A DNA stretch of 64,000 nt from the NCBI GenBank assembly GCA_033722615.1, contig JAWVYQ010000001.1, positions 21 through 64,020 on the forward strand. The letters are read 5' to 3'. Made by a program: the position numbers and the translations under genes. The DNA comes from Candidatus Promineifilaceae bacterium. GTDB lineage: Bacteria > Chloroflexota > Anaerolineae > Promineifilales > Promineifilaceae. Shown piece after piece: positions 10,967 to 19,644 of this stretch. The notes beneath the pieces were generated by a model. The model had not been told where the DNA came from. It worked only from the letters and a program-made list of their open reading frames with translations, and searched no databases. Positions within the stretch are counted from its first letter, which is position 1. Each line of letters opens with the position of its first letter.

Positions 10967-11797
10967 TTAAGCTTCTGTCTCCAGCGGTTGGCAGGCCGGG
11001 CAAAAGTGGGTGCTGCGGCCGGCTACCACGATGCGTTCGATCGTCGTGCCACAGCGGACACATGCTTCTCCCGTCCGCTTGTACACGGCAACGACATCTT
11101 GCATTGTACCGCGAGAACCGTCAGGTTTCACGTAACGGTCAATGCTTGCTCCTTTTCGCTCAATGCCCATCCGTAGCACTTTTTGCAGGGCGGCGTGCAG
11201 GTCTTTGATTTCGCCGTCTCGCAGCGAATGTGCGCCCCGCTGAGGGTGCAGGCCTGCATAAAATAGCGCTTCGTCGGCGTAAATGTTGCCTACGCCGGCG
11301 ATGAACGTCTGGTCGAGCAGCAACGCTTTCAGTTGCTTCGTCCGCCGTTCCAGTTGCTCTTTCAACCGCTCCGGCGTGAAATCCGGGTCGAGCGGCTCCG
11401 GGCCCAGCTTACCCAGGACGTCCTCGGGATCCCGCACCAGGTAGACGCGGCCGAACTTGCGCGGGTTGCGGAAGCGCATCTCTTTTCCGTTGGCCAGTGT
11501 GAATGTCGTGTGTGTGTGGGGGGCGACCGGCGCGTCGGCTTCCACTACCGAGAGATGGCCGGTCATTCGCAGATGGATGATCAACGTTTCGCCGCCCGTG
11601 AGCGTGAAAACCAGATACTTCCCCCGGCGGTCAATGGCTTCAATGCGCCGGCCGGCGATTCGCTCCCGCAGGGCTTCCGGCGAGGGAGTAGCGATGTGGC
11701 GCGGCCAACTGTTGCGCACCCCCGTAATCGTCTCTCCGACAAGGGGAACGCGCAACGCGCGCACGGTTGTTTCGACTTCTGGCAATTCAGGCATCGG
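10967..11797 (-). CDS. mutM: formamidopyrimidine-DNA glycosylase
   Basis: Internal ATG at 11797 gives the canonical MPELPEVE N-terminus (catalytic Pro2). C-terminal zinc finger CVRCGTTIERIVVAGRSTHFCPACQ. The start lies 1 nt from the stop of the upstream aminopeptidase gene. Confidence 0.92.
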   Translation of the reverse strand, partial: PMPELPEVETTVRALRVPLVGETITGVRNSWPRHIATPSPEALRERIAGRRIEAIDRRGKYLVFTLTGGETLIIHLRMTGHLSVVEADAPVAPHTHTTFTLANGKEMRFRNPRKFGRVYLVRDPEDVLGKLGPEPLDPDFTPERLKEQLERRTKQLKALLLDQTFIAGVGNIYADEALFYAGLHPQRGAHSLRDGEIKDLHAALQKVLRMGIERKGASIDRYVKPDGSRGTMQDVVAVYKRTGEACVRCGTTIERIVVAGRSTHFCPACQPLETEA

Positions 11798-11798
11798 C

Positions 11799-12980
11799 TT
11801 ACTGAGGAGCGCTCGCCGTCGCTGCCGATTCTTGGTTGGTGGGCGGCTGAGCGGCGTCCGCTCCATTCTCACCGTCGAGAAAGGTAAATGAGCCGCTCTC
11901 GTAAAAGAGTTCGCCGTCGACCCAGATTTCGCCCCCCTCGCGCATGTTGCAGATCATGTCCCAGTGGACGGCTGATTGATTCTTGCTGCCCGTTTCCGGG
12001 TAACCGGCGCCCACGGCCATATGAATGGTGCCCCCGATCTTCTCGTCAAAGAGGATGGATTTCGTAAAACGGTCGATGCCGTGGTTCGTGCCCACCGCGA
12101 ACTCCCCCAGGTAGCGGGCGCCGGCGTCCGTTTCCAATACGTTCAGCAGGAACGCTTCGTTTTTCTCAGCGCTGGCGTCGACGACTTTTCCCTCCTCAAA
12201 GTGCAGCACGATTCCTTCCACCTCCCGGCCGTTGAAGATGGCCGGGTACGTGAAGCGCACCCATCCGTTCACCGACTCTTCCACCGGGCCGGTGAAAATT
12301 TCTCCGCTCGGCATATTGTGGCGGCCGTCGGAGTTAATAAAGGTGCGACCTTCGATAGAGAGGGTTAGATCGACGTCGGGACCGGTAACTTTCACGTCCT
12401 TCTTGCCGGCCAGCCAGTCAACCAGAATCTGTTGCCTTTTCGAGATCTTCTGCCACTCGGCTACCGGATCGTCTTTGTCCACGTGGCACGCCCGGTACAC
12501 AAACGTCTCAAACTCGTCCAGGGACATGTCGGCTTCTTGAGCCTGGGCGTGGGTGGGGAAAAGCGTCCCGACCCAACGCATGTCGCCTGTCGCGCTGCGT
12601 TCCATCATCGTCTGGAATAAGTCGCGGCTGGCCGCCCGCTGGATCTGCTGGCGGCTGGGATCGACGCCGCTCAAGGCCCGTGTGTTACGGTTGCCCCCGA
12701 TCCTGATCAGGCAATCGTACGCCTCGTACACGATCTTCACCGGCTCAGGAATGTGTTCTAACTGCTCGTCATTCCCTTCCTTGAGCATGATCTCGGTAAA
12801 CGCTTCCTCGTTCCAGTTGAGCAACGGATGGCCACCGGCGTGAATGATGGCGCGATACGTCTCGGTTAGCAAGGGCAGCGCAATGCTGCTGCCGCTGAGG
12901 AGAACGTTATCCCCCGGCTGCACGCTGACACAGTAATCGACCAACAGTTGCGCCAATTTTTCCACACGTGGATCTGACAT
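11799..12980 (-). CDS. aminopeptidase, M29 (AmpS/PepS, thermophilic metalloprotease) family
   Basis: N-terminus MSDPRVEKLAQLLVDYCVSVQPGD..., plus ...GEFAVGTN... and HWDM segments typical of M29 aminopeptidases. GGAGGAG RBS upstream of the ATG. Confidence 0.8.
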   Translation of the reverse strand: MSDPRVEKLAQLLVDYCVSVQPGDNVLLSGSSIALPLLTETYRAIIHAGGHPLLNWNEEAFTEIMLKEGNDEQLEHIPEPVKIVYEAYDCLIRIGGNRNTRALSGVDPSRQQIQRAASRDLFQTMMERSATGDMRWVGTLFPTHAQAQEADMSLDEFETFVYRACHVDKDDPVAEWQKISKRQQILVDWLAGKKDVKVTGPDVDLTLSIEGRTFINSDGRHNMPSGEIFTGPVEESVNGWVRFTYPAIFNGREVEGIVLHFEEGKVVDASAEKNEAFLLNVLETDAGARYLGEFAVGTNHGIDRFTKSILFDEKIGGTIHMAVGAGYPETGSKNQSAVHWDMICNMREGGEIWVDGELFYESGSFTFLDGENGADAAQPPTNQESAATASAPQ

Positions 12981-13006
12981 CTCTCCTCCGGCTTCGGTTC
13001 ACGTCG

Positions 13007-13082
13007 TTTCCCGGAAAGTGGACCTGACAAAGCCTCGTCTGATCGCTAACGAGTTTCGTCCACCACAGTCGTTTCCGGAAAA
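13007..13082. promoter_or_regulatory. two copies of GTCGTTTCC(C)GGAAA palindromic box in a divergent promoter region
   Basis: acGTCGTTTCCCGGAAAgt at 13003-13019 and caGTCGTTTCCGGAAAAg at 13068-13083. Each contains a TTTCC-GGAAA palindrome. The copies are ~65 bp apart, upstream of the aminopeptidase start. Confidence 0.25.
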
Positions 13083-13223
13083 GCGAGTTATTGCTTAACG
13101 TCCCCTGTATTATATCCCAGCCCCGCAGGGGCTGTCAGGTAACCAATTAGTCATACTTCTTGTACTTTTCCCGTTTCTCGGGCCTTTTCAGCGGTTGGCT
13201 TTCACGCCCGGCTGATTTACAAT

Positions 13224-13889
13224 TTGCTTATCGTGTACCCAGAAGATCGCGTTTTAGTCGCCTACGTACCGGATCCGGCCGACTTCGCCATTATCCAGAG
13301 CGAAGGCTGGTATCGCATCCCGCAGAAGCACGCCCCTAAGGGCCTGTACGCTGAATATTTCGCCTTCTACTTCGGGCAGAAATTCGGGCCGCAGAAATGG
13401 GCCATCCATTACTATGCACCCCGCCTGGGCCACGAGCTGACCACGCGCGCCGCCCTCTTCCCGGGAGAACCCGATCATCCTCGGGCAAATGACCCGTACT
13501 ATCAGGTGCAGCTCGGGCAACTCCGGCAGCTAGAACGGCCCATCGTCAGCCTACGCTGGCGACGCGTTACCTTTCTCCACACGACCTGGGACCGCTTCCA
13601 GGATGCTACCGAAATCAACGACCTTTTCGTCGAAGGTGGCGAGTACGTGGACCGTCTCTACGCGACGTTGAAGGAGCGCGGCTTGCGGCCGGAGCGCGAC
13701 TATCTCGTCAAAGAGCAGGGCGACCGCTACCGTGTGCCCCTCGCCGTGCCGTGTCGTCAGGGCACCGTCCAGGTCACCGCCTCTGAACTGCCGCGCAGCG
13801 CGGCCGAAGCCGTTAACATGGCCGACGAAATCACCCGCGCTGTCGCCGCCCGCGGCGGGGAAAAGATCACGGGCCGCGATCCGGAATAA
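13224..13889 (+). CDS. conserved hypothetical protein
   Basis: 221-aa ORF with normal coding composition and no family I recognise. Start is uncertain: TTG 13224 directly abuts a TACAAT hexamer, and GTG 13233 is an alternative. Its 3' end overlaps holB convergently by 23 nt. Confidence 0.55.
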   Translation: MLIVYPEDRVLVAYVPDPADFAIIQSEGWYRIPQKHAPKGLYAEYFAFYFGQKFGPQKWAIHYYAPRLGHELTTRAALFPGEPDHPRANDPYYQVQLGQLRQLERPIVSLRWRRVTFLHTTWDRFQDATEINDLFVEGGEYVDRLYATLKERGLRPERDYLVKEQGDRYRVPLAVPCRQGTVQVTASELPRSAAEAVNMADEITRAVAARGGEKITGRDPE

Positions 13890-14910
13890 CCCCCTCCAGA
13901 TACGGATAGGTGAGAAACGCGTTCTCCAGCACCAGGCGCACGTTGGCATTGTGCTCCAGTTGCCACAAGGCCGTCCGCGTCTGCTTCAGCGCTGTGACCA
14001 CCGCTTCCCTGTCCCAGCGGCGTGCCAGGTTCATCAGCTCCTGACGCCGGTCCACGTTCGTGATCGCCCCTTCGTGGCCACCCCAGGCTAGCATCGTCAG
14101 ATCCCGCCACCACGTCAGCCACGTTTGCAGGATCGACGTCAGCGCTTCCGGATCCTTGGCCAGTTTTTCCGCCAGCGCAAAGCGTTCCACCCGGCCGCCG
14201 CCCAATGCCTCGCGCAGGGAGTCCACCTTCTGCGCCCGGTCCTGGACCACGTCCGGATCGTCCAGCGCGTCCACTGCCCACCCCAGCCGGCCGTCCGCCA
14301 GATGGGAGAGCAGGCGCGCCTCTTCCGGCGGCAGGTGCCAGCGCTGTTCCAGCGCCCCGGCAATGCGTTCGGCCGGCAGCGGGCGCAGGGCCACCACCCG
14401 GCAGCGGGACGTGATGGTGGGCAGGAGCGCGTCCGCTTCGACGGCCGTCAGCAGCAGCACCACGTCGCCCGGCGGCTCCTCCAGCGTCTTCAAGAATGCG
14501 TTGGCCGCCCCCTGCGACGCGGCCTGGAAATTGGTCACAATCGCCGCCTTGCGCCGCGCCTCGTAAGCTGCCAGGTTGAGGTTCCGTTGAAGCTCGCGGA
14601 TCTGCTCGATCTTCAGCGAAAGCTGGCCCCGGCCGCTGACCTCCGGGTGTAGGACGCGCACGTCCGGATGGCGGTCGGCGGCGATCAGGGTACACGCCCG
14701 GCAGCGCCCGCAGGGCCGCGCCTCGGGATCCGGCGCCTCACAATTCAGCGCCTGCGCAAACGTCCGCGCCAGCGCCGTCTTCCCGATCTGCTCTGGCCCG
14801 GTGAACAGGTAAGCATGGCCGACCCGGTCGTTAGTGACGGCCCCACGCAGCAGCTCGACGGCCCATTCGTGCCCGATCAAATCATTCCATACCGTCGCCG
14901 TCTGTTCCAT
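13867..14910 (-). CDS. holB: DNA polymerase III subunit delta'
   Basis: ATG at 14910 gives MEQTATVWNDLIGHEWAVELLRGAV..GHAYLFTGPEQIGKTALARTFAQALNCE...PCGRCRACT, the AAA+ clamp-loader delta' signature. The longer ORF reaching 15114 has a non-homologous extension. Confidence 0.88.
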   Translation of the reverse strand: MEQTATVWNDLIGHEWAVELLRGAVTNDRVGHAYLFTGPEQIGKTALARTFAQALNCEAPDPEARPCGRCRACTLIAADRHPDVRVLHPEVSGRGQLSLKIEQIRELQRNLNLAAYEARRKAAIVTNFQAASQGAANAFLKTLEEPPGDVVLLLTAVEADALLPTITSRCRVVALRPLPAERIAGALEQRWHLPPEEARLLSHLADGRLGWAVDALDDPDVVQDRAQKVDSLREALGGGRVERFALAEKLAKDPEALTSILQTWLTWWRDLTMLAWGGHEGAITNVDRRQELMNLARRWDREAVVTALKQTRTALWQLEHNANVRLVLENAFLTYPYLEGVIPDRGP

Positions 14911-15102
14911 GGCGCGGATTGTAGTGCGTAAGTCGCGAAACGTAAAGTACGCGCGACCGGGGAGTGAGCCAACAGAAGTTGCCAGCAACGGCGGGCTGCG
15001 GTAGAAAGAGGGTGGGCGATCACGGAGGCGACAGGTGCTACACGCCCGACAAGGTGCGTGGACCGAAGCACGCTGTTCGAATCTCCGTATGAGGAAGGAA
15101 GC

Positions 15103-16050
15103 ATGAGCTACCAATTGGACCCCGACGAAGCTCTCGCCGCAGGCCTAAAGCGTATTCTTCACGAGCAGATCGACGGCGCCGTTCACAGTCTGGAAGACAG
15201 AGGCGGTGATCCCGGTGCGGCTATCCATGATGCCCGCAAACGGTTCAAAAAGATCCGGGCCGTCATGCGCCTGGTACGAGATGAGGTGGGCCAAGACGTT
15301 TACCGGCGAGAAAACGTCTGCTATCGTGACGCCGGCCGGGCACTCTCAGACGTCCGTGACAGCTACGTCAAGGTAGCCACCGTCGACGCCCTTCTCGACC
15401 GTTATGGCGACCACCTGGCCGAGGATGCCTTTCAGGAGACACGGCGGCGGCTGGTGGACGCTCACCGCGCCGTGAGCCACCGTATCTTTGAGGAGGAGGA
15501 CGCGCCGGCCCAGGTCGTTGCCACGGTGCGGGAAGCCCGCTCGCGCATTGTCACCCTCCCCATCAGCCGTGATGATTTCGGCGCTATCCGCGACAGCATT
15601 CACCGTGTCTACAGGCGTGGCTGCCGCGGACTGGCGAACGCTTATGAAGAACCTCTTCCCGAAAACTTCCACGACTGGCGCAAACGGGTCAAATACCTCT
15701 GGTACCATGTGCGCATCCTCAACCCGCTGTGGCCCGGACTTTTTGACGAATGGGCCGGCCAGATCCACGATTTGTCCGATTACCTGGGTGATGCTCACGA
15801 CTTCGCCGAACTGCGCTCATTGTTGGAGGCTGAACCGTCCCTATGCCCGGACGATGACGAGCGAGAATTGTTGCTCGGCCTGGCCGACCGCCGTCGTGCC
15901 GAGCTAGAAGCGGCGGCCCATCCCTTAGGCCGGCGCATTTACGCCGAAGCGCCGAAGAATTTCGTGGAGCGTATGGCCGGCTATTGGCGTGCCTGGCAGA
16001 TGGAGGGGACAGTGACCGTCCGGCCGGACATCATCGTGCCGCCCGATTAA
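15103..16050 (+). CDS. CHAD domain-containing protein
   Basis: ATG at 15103 is preceded by GAGGAAGGAAG. The protein is helical, with CHAD-type conserved His/Arg/Lys patches (IHDARKRFKKIRAVMRL, FHDWRKRVKYLWYHVRIL, LGDAHD). Confidence 0.8.
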   Translation: MSYQLDPDEALAAGLKRILHEQIDGAVHSLEDRGGDPGAAIHDARKRFKKIRAVMRLVRDEVGQDVYRRENVCYRDAGRALSDVRDSYVKVATVDALLDRYGDHLAEDAFQETRRRLVDAHRAVSHRIFEEEDAPAQVVATVREARSRIVTLPISRDDFGAIRDSIHRVYRRGCRGLANAYEEPLPENFHDWRKRVKYLWYHVRILNPLWPGLFDEWAGQIHDLSDYLGDAHDFAELRSLLEAEPSLCPDDDERELLLGLADRRRAELEAAAHPLGRRIYAEAPKNFVERMAGYWRAWQMEGTVTVRPDIIVPPD

Positions 16051-16074
16051 CCTGGATCCTTGAAGGAGGTTTGC

Positions 16075-16893
16075 ATGGGCAAGAAATACAGGAAAAATGG
16101 GAAGATAAAGCGCAAATATTACGAGAAGGAACTGGCCAAACTCCAGGGCGAGCTCGTCAAGCTCCAATATTGGATCAAGGAGCAGGGTCTGCGCGTTGTC
16201 GTGATCTTCGAAGGGCGTGACGCTGCCGGAAAAGGCGGGGCAATTCGACGGATCATGCGTCGCCTCAACCCGCGCATGGTTCGCGTCGTCGCCCTGCCTA
16301 AGCCCAGCGATCTGGAGCAACGGCAATGGTACTTCCAGCGTTACATCGAACAACTACCGGCCGAGGGTGAGATGGTGCTCTTCGATCGTAGCTGGTACAA
16401 CCGCGCCGGCGTGGAGTGGGTGATGGGATTCTGTACTCAGGATGAATACCATCACTTCTTGCACGAGTGTCCGGTCTTCGAACGTATGTTGGTCCGCGAC
16501 GGCGTTATCTTGATCAAATATTGGTTCGAAATAAGCGCCGAGGAGCAGGAAGAACGGTTCCAGAGTCGTAACGAGGATCCGCGCAAACTGTGGAAGCTCA
16601 GCCCGATGGACATGGAATCTCGCGCCCGTTGGAATGAATACTCCAAGGCAAGAGACGCGATGTTTGCGTATACCGACATCGACGAGGCTCCCTGGTACGT
16701 GGTGCAGGCCAACGTCAAGAAGCACGCTCGCCTTAACTGCATCGCCCATCTACTCACCATGATCCCCTATCACGATCTGACGCCTGATCCGGTCGAGTTT
16801 CCCCCACGAGAGGCAGTGGATTACGAACGTCCCTCCACCAACGAATACAACTACGTCCCCCTCGTCTATGGATCAGGTTTTGACGGCAACTAA
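16075..16893 (+). CDS. ppk2: polyphosphate kinase 2 (single-domain PPK2), copy 1
   Basis: ATG at 16075 follows GAAGGAGG. Motifs FEGRDAAGKGGAI (Walker A), RSWYNRAGVEWVMG and DIDEAPWYVV. Confidence 0.9.
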   Translation: MGKKYRKNGKIKRKYYEKELAKLQGELVKLQYWIKEQGLRVVVIFEGRDAAGKGGAIRRIMRRLNPRMVRVVALPKPSDLEQRQWYFQRYIEQLPAEGEMVLFDRSWYNRAGVEWVMGFCTQDEYHHFLHECPVFERMLVRDGVILIKYWFEISAEEQEERFQSRNEDPRKLWKLSPMDMESRARWNEYSKARDAMFAYTDIDEAPWYVVQANVKKHARLNCIAHLLTMIPYHDLTPDPVEFPPREAVDYERPSTNEYNYVPLVYGSGFDGN

Positions 16894-17009
16894 TGCTTCC
16901 TCAAGCTGGCATTTGCACTTCGTCGTGATGACTTTAGCCGTCCCAAGTGTTTGAGCGACTACTACCAGGAGAGCCCACAAGAGGCGAAAGATTAGAGACG
17001 GAGACAACC

Positions 17010-17846
17010 ATGGACCAGCAATATGATGAGAACGGCATCATAACCCAAGCGTATTACCAGCAAGAGTTGCGCCGGCTCCAGACGGAGCTGACCAAATTGC
17101 AATATTGGGCCAGGGATCAGGATTTGCGAATCGTCGTCCTCTTTGAAGGTCGCGACGCGGCCGGCAAGACAGAGATGATCCGGCGCATCATGCAGCGTCT
17201 GAACCCCCGTATTGCGCGGGCCGTTGCCCTGGACAAGCCCACCGACCGCGAGCGAAAGCAGTGGTATTTCCAACGTTACGCCCGCCACCTTCCGGCGAAG
17301 GGGCAGATGGTCTTCTTCAATCGCAGTTGGTACAACCGCGCCGGGGTAGAGTGGGTGATGGGCTACTGTACGGAACAGGAGTACCGTCATTTTCTTAATG
17401 AGTGCCCCGAGTTCGAGCGGATGCTGGTGCGCGAAGGGTTCACCCTACTCAAGTATTGGCTTTCGGTGAGCGCCGAAGAGCAGGAGCGCCGCTTTCAGAG
17501 CTGGGTAGAGGACCCCAGGACGCGGTGGCAGTTCACGGACGTCGATCGGGAGGCCCGCGAGCGGTGGGTGCAATATTCTAAGGCCAAAGATGCGATGATG
17601 GCCCACACTGATATTGATGAGGCACCGTGGTACGTGGTGGACGCCGAGGTCCAGGAGCACGCACAACTAAATTGTCTGGCCCACATGCTGAGCCTGATCC
17701 CGTACAAAGACCTCACGCCCGAACGGGAAGAACTACCGCCGCGAGACTATAAGGAGTCGGGGTACGTCCGGCCGCCGATGAGTGAACAGAATATGGTGCC
17801 CGCAATATACGGCTCTGGCGAAGAGCGAGGTGTCGACGGCAACTAG
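17010..17846 (+). CDS. ppk2: polyphosphate kinase 2 (single-domain PPK2), copy 2
   Basis: Paralogue of the previous gene, with identical stretches RSWYNRAGVEWVMG and DIDEAPWYVV. Its Walker A reads FEGRDAAGKTEMI. Confidence 0.9.
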   Translation: MDQQYDENGIITQAYYQQELRRLQTELTKLQYWARDQDLRIVVLFEGRDAAGKTEMIRRIMQRLNPRIARAVALDKPTDRERKQWYFQRYARHLPAKGQMVFFNRSWYNRAGVEWVMGYCTEQEYRHFLNECPEFERMLVREGFTLLKYWLSVSAEEQERRFQSWVEDPRTRWQFTDVDREARERWVQYSKAKDAMMAHTDIDEAPWYVVDAEVQEHAQLNCLAHMLSLIPYKDLTPEREELPPRDYKESGYVRPPMSEQNMVPAIYGSGEERGVDGN

Positions 17847-18927
17847 CGGAAGTCGGCAACGAGGGGCAGGTGATCGTAGTGGCCCTGAGCGAGGTCGAGG
17901 GCGACGTCGGCCGCCTCTAGCCCGGCCGCGTCGAGCGCCTCGGCGCTCAAGGTCGTGGTGTTGAGCACAAAGGCGCGCACGAGCGATAGTCCGCTGTCGC
18001 TAAAGAGAATGCGGTCCAGGGCGCCGGGGTTGAATGGCTGCCTGTCGTCGCGCCAGGTGTACGTTTTTTCCCGGCCGCGTTGTGTGTGGGGAGCGCGTCG
18101 GTTAGCGGGGTGCCGTCCCAGTCGGGCGGGGCGTCGGGCCCAAAGTTGTCCTCATCCACCACGTCTCCCGTCAGCAGCGTGGCCAGGTGGTGGGCGGGAT
18201 CAGTGTCGTAGACGTTGAAATCACCGAGCACAAGGAGGGGGGTGCCGGCCGGTAGGTCAACCTCGCCGCCGGGCGTGTGGGCATCGGCCAGCCAGGCGAC
18301 GATCTGGTCGGCGTGGGCCTGGCGCAGAGCAATGTCGCTTTCTTCGCCGCCTGCCATGAAATGGGCGCAAACCACGTACACGTCATGGTCGAATTCTGCG
18401 TCAGGCAGGTCAACTAGAGCTGTGGCGTGGCCCAGGGAGTAATTGTCTCTTTCGTAAACGACGGTCGCCTGGCGCAACGAGAGGTCGAAACGAGAGGCGA
18501 TGACGCTATCGGATGCGCTGTGGGCCCGCCAGCGACCCTCGCCGTCCAGTTGCAGAGCGTCGTTGAGAATGGTGGCGATCTGCTGTGGGTCGCGAGCGGG
18601 CGCGATCTCTTGCAGGCAGAAGAGGTCGGGCGCAGTGGCGGCGGCGATGCGCCGGAAAGCGGCTGCTTTGTCGTATCGGGGCATGAAACTGTCGGCCGCG
18701 ATTTCGTCGGGGAAGAGCGAGTCCCAGTAGGGGTTGAAGCTCATCACGCGCAGCGTGCCGGGCGTCCGCTCGAGAAAGGCGACCTCCTCCGACACGGCCG
18801 TTACCGGCGACGGCGTGGAGCGCACGGAAGCAGGCCCCGGGGCGACGTTACATGCTGTCAGCAGAAGGAGAAAGAGCGCCCATAACGTCGAGCACCGGAC
18901 GGTCGCGCTTTTTTCTGTGTTCACCAT
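17843..18927 (-). pseudogene. endonuclease/exonuclease/phosphatase (EEP) family lipoprotein gene, frame disrupted at an A6 run
   Basis: The N-terminal 286 codons (lipobox LLLTAC, EEP core) are in one frame. The conserved C-terminus EKTYTWRDDRQPFNPGALDRILFSD...GHYDHLPLVADFR* is in the adjacent frame, ending at the stop 17843-17845. The frames switch at the T6/A6 run 18064-18069. Confidence 0.75.
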
Positions 18928-18987
18928 TCTAGGTCCTCCCCTTGGCGCCGGCCGGGATCGGCAAAGCGCGTCAACCCGATCGCGCTT

Positions 18988-19329
18988 TTATATCGTCTCC
19001 CCTTCGGTGTGCAGTTCCGCTACGCCCACCAAGCGGCGCAGACGGGCCGTTTCTGCCTCCAGGATGCGCCGGCCGAGTTTGGTCAGACGGTACGCTTTGC
19101 GCTCGCGGTCGGTGTCGTCCGGCTCCGGATCGGGCGCCCGCTCAATCCAGCCGCTGTCGAGCATCCGTTTGAGGGCACCGTAGAGGGTACCCGTGCTCAG
19201 GACGAGCCGGCCGTCGCTCAGGGCCTCCACCTCCTTGAGAATCGCGTAGCCGTGCTTGGGGCCCGGGGCCAGGCTTAAGATGATGTAAAAGGTGCTTTCG
19301 GTCAGCGGTAACCGCTCCTGTACGTCCAT
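18988..19329 (-). CDS. PadR family transcriptional regulator
   Basis: ATG at 19329 follows GGAG at 5-nt spacing. The winged-helix signature is PKHGYAILKEVEALSDGRLVLSTGTLYGALKRMLDSGWIE. Upstream in-frame ATGs (19365, 19452) lack an RBS. Confidence 0.85.
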   Translation of the reverse strand: MDVQERLPLTESTFYIILSLAPGPKHGYAILKEVEALSDGRLVLSTGTLYGALKRMLDSGWIERAPDPEPDDTDRERKAYRLTKLGRRILEAETARLRRLVGVAELHTEGETI

Positions 19330-19580
19330 CCAATCTCCGTCCGTGTATGTGTCGCCTGACGACATGTTGCTTGCCGGCAGCATAACATAAATTGGGACCA
19401 AAGGCAAGTTGTTCATGTTGTTCATGTTGGTCACGTTTTTCACTTTTTGCACGGGAGTTTGTGGATGGTGGGAAGTTGTTCGGGGTCACACCAGGCCGGC
19501 CGGCGTGGGAGACGCGGCTTGGGACATTATACCATAGTGAGAAGGTGAAAGATCGGTGAAAAACGGGCCAGATAGGCGGC

Positions 19581-19644
19581 AAAAAAAACGAGGTGGCCGG
19601 TCTCAGCGGGGAGCTGTCCGTACCACCTCTGGGCGGGGAGCAAT
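19581..19644 (-). ncRNA. candidate ~60-nt small RNA, copy A (C-rich 5' end, 14-bp interrupted hairpin with UCCCC loop, U8 tail)
   Basis: The minus strand reads ATTGCTCCCCGCCCA-GAGGTGG-ta-CGG-a-CAGC-tcccc-GCTG-aga-CCG-g-CCACCTC-g-TTTTTTTT. Upstream on the same strand are -35 TTGCGC (19671-19676), a 17-nt spacer and an extended -10 TGcTATAGT (19648-19656). A near-identical copy lies at 54551-54612. Confidence 0.4.

Noticed and set aside
13757-14695. 312-aa Arg/Gly/Pro-rich ORF in an alternative minus-strand frame of holB.
   Set aside because: The holB frame gives the full clamp-loader delta' signature. The alternative frame is compositionally extreme (runs of G, R, P, A) and is not plausible as a protein.
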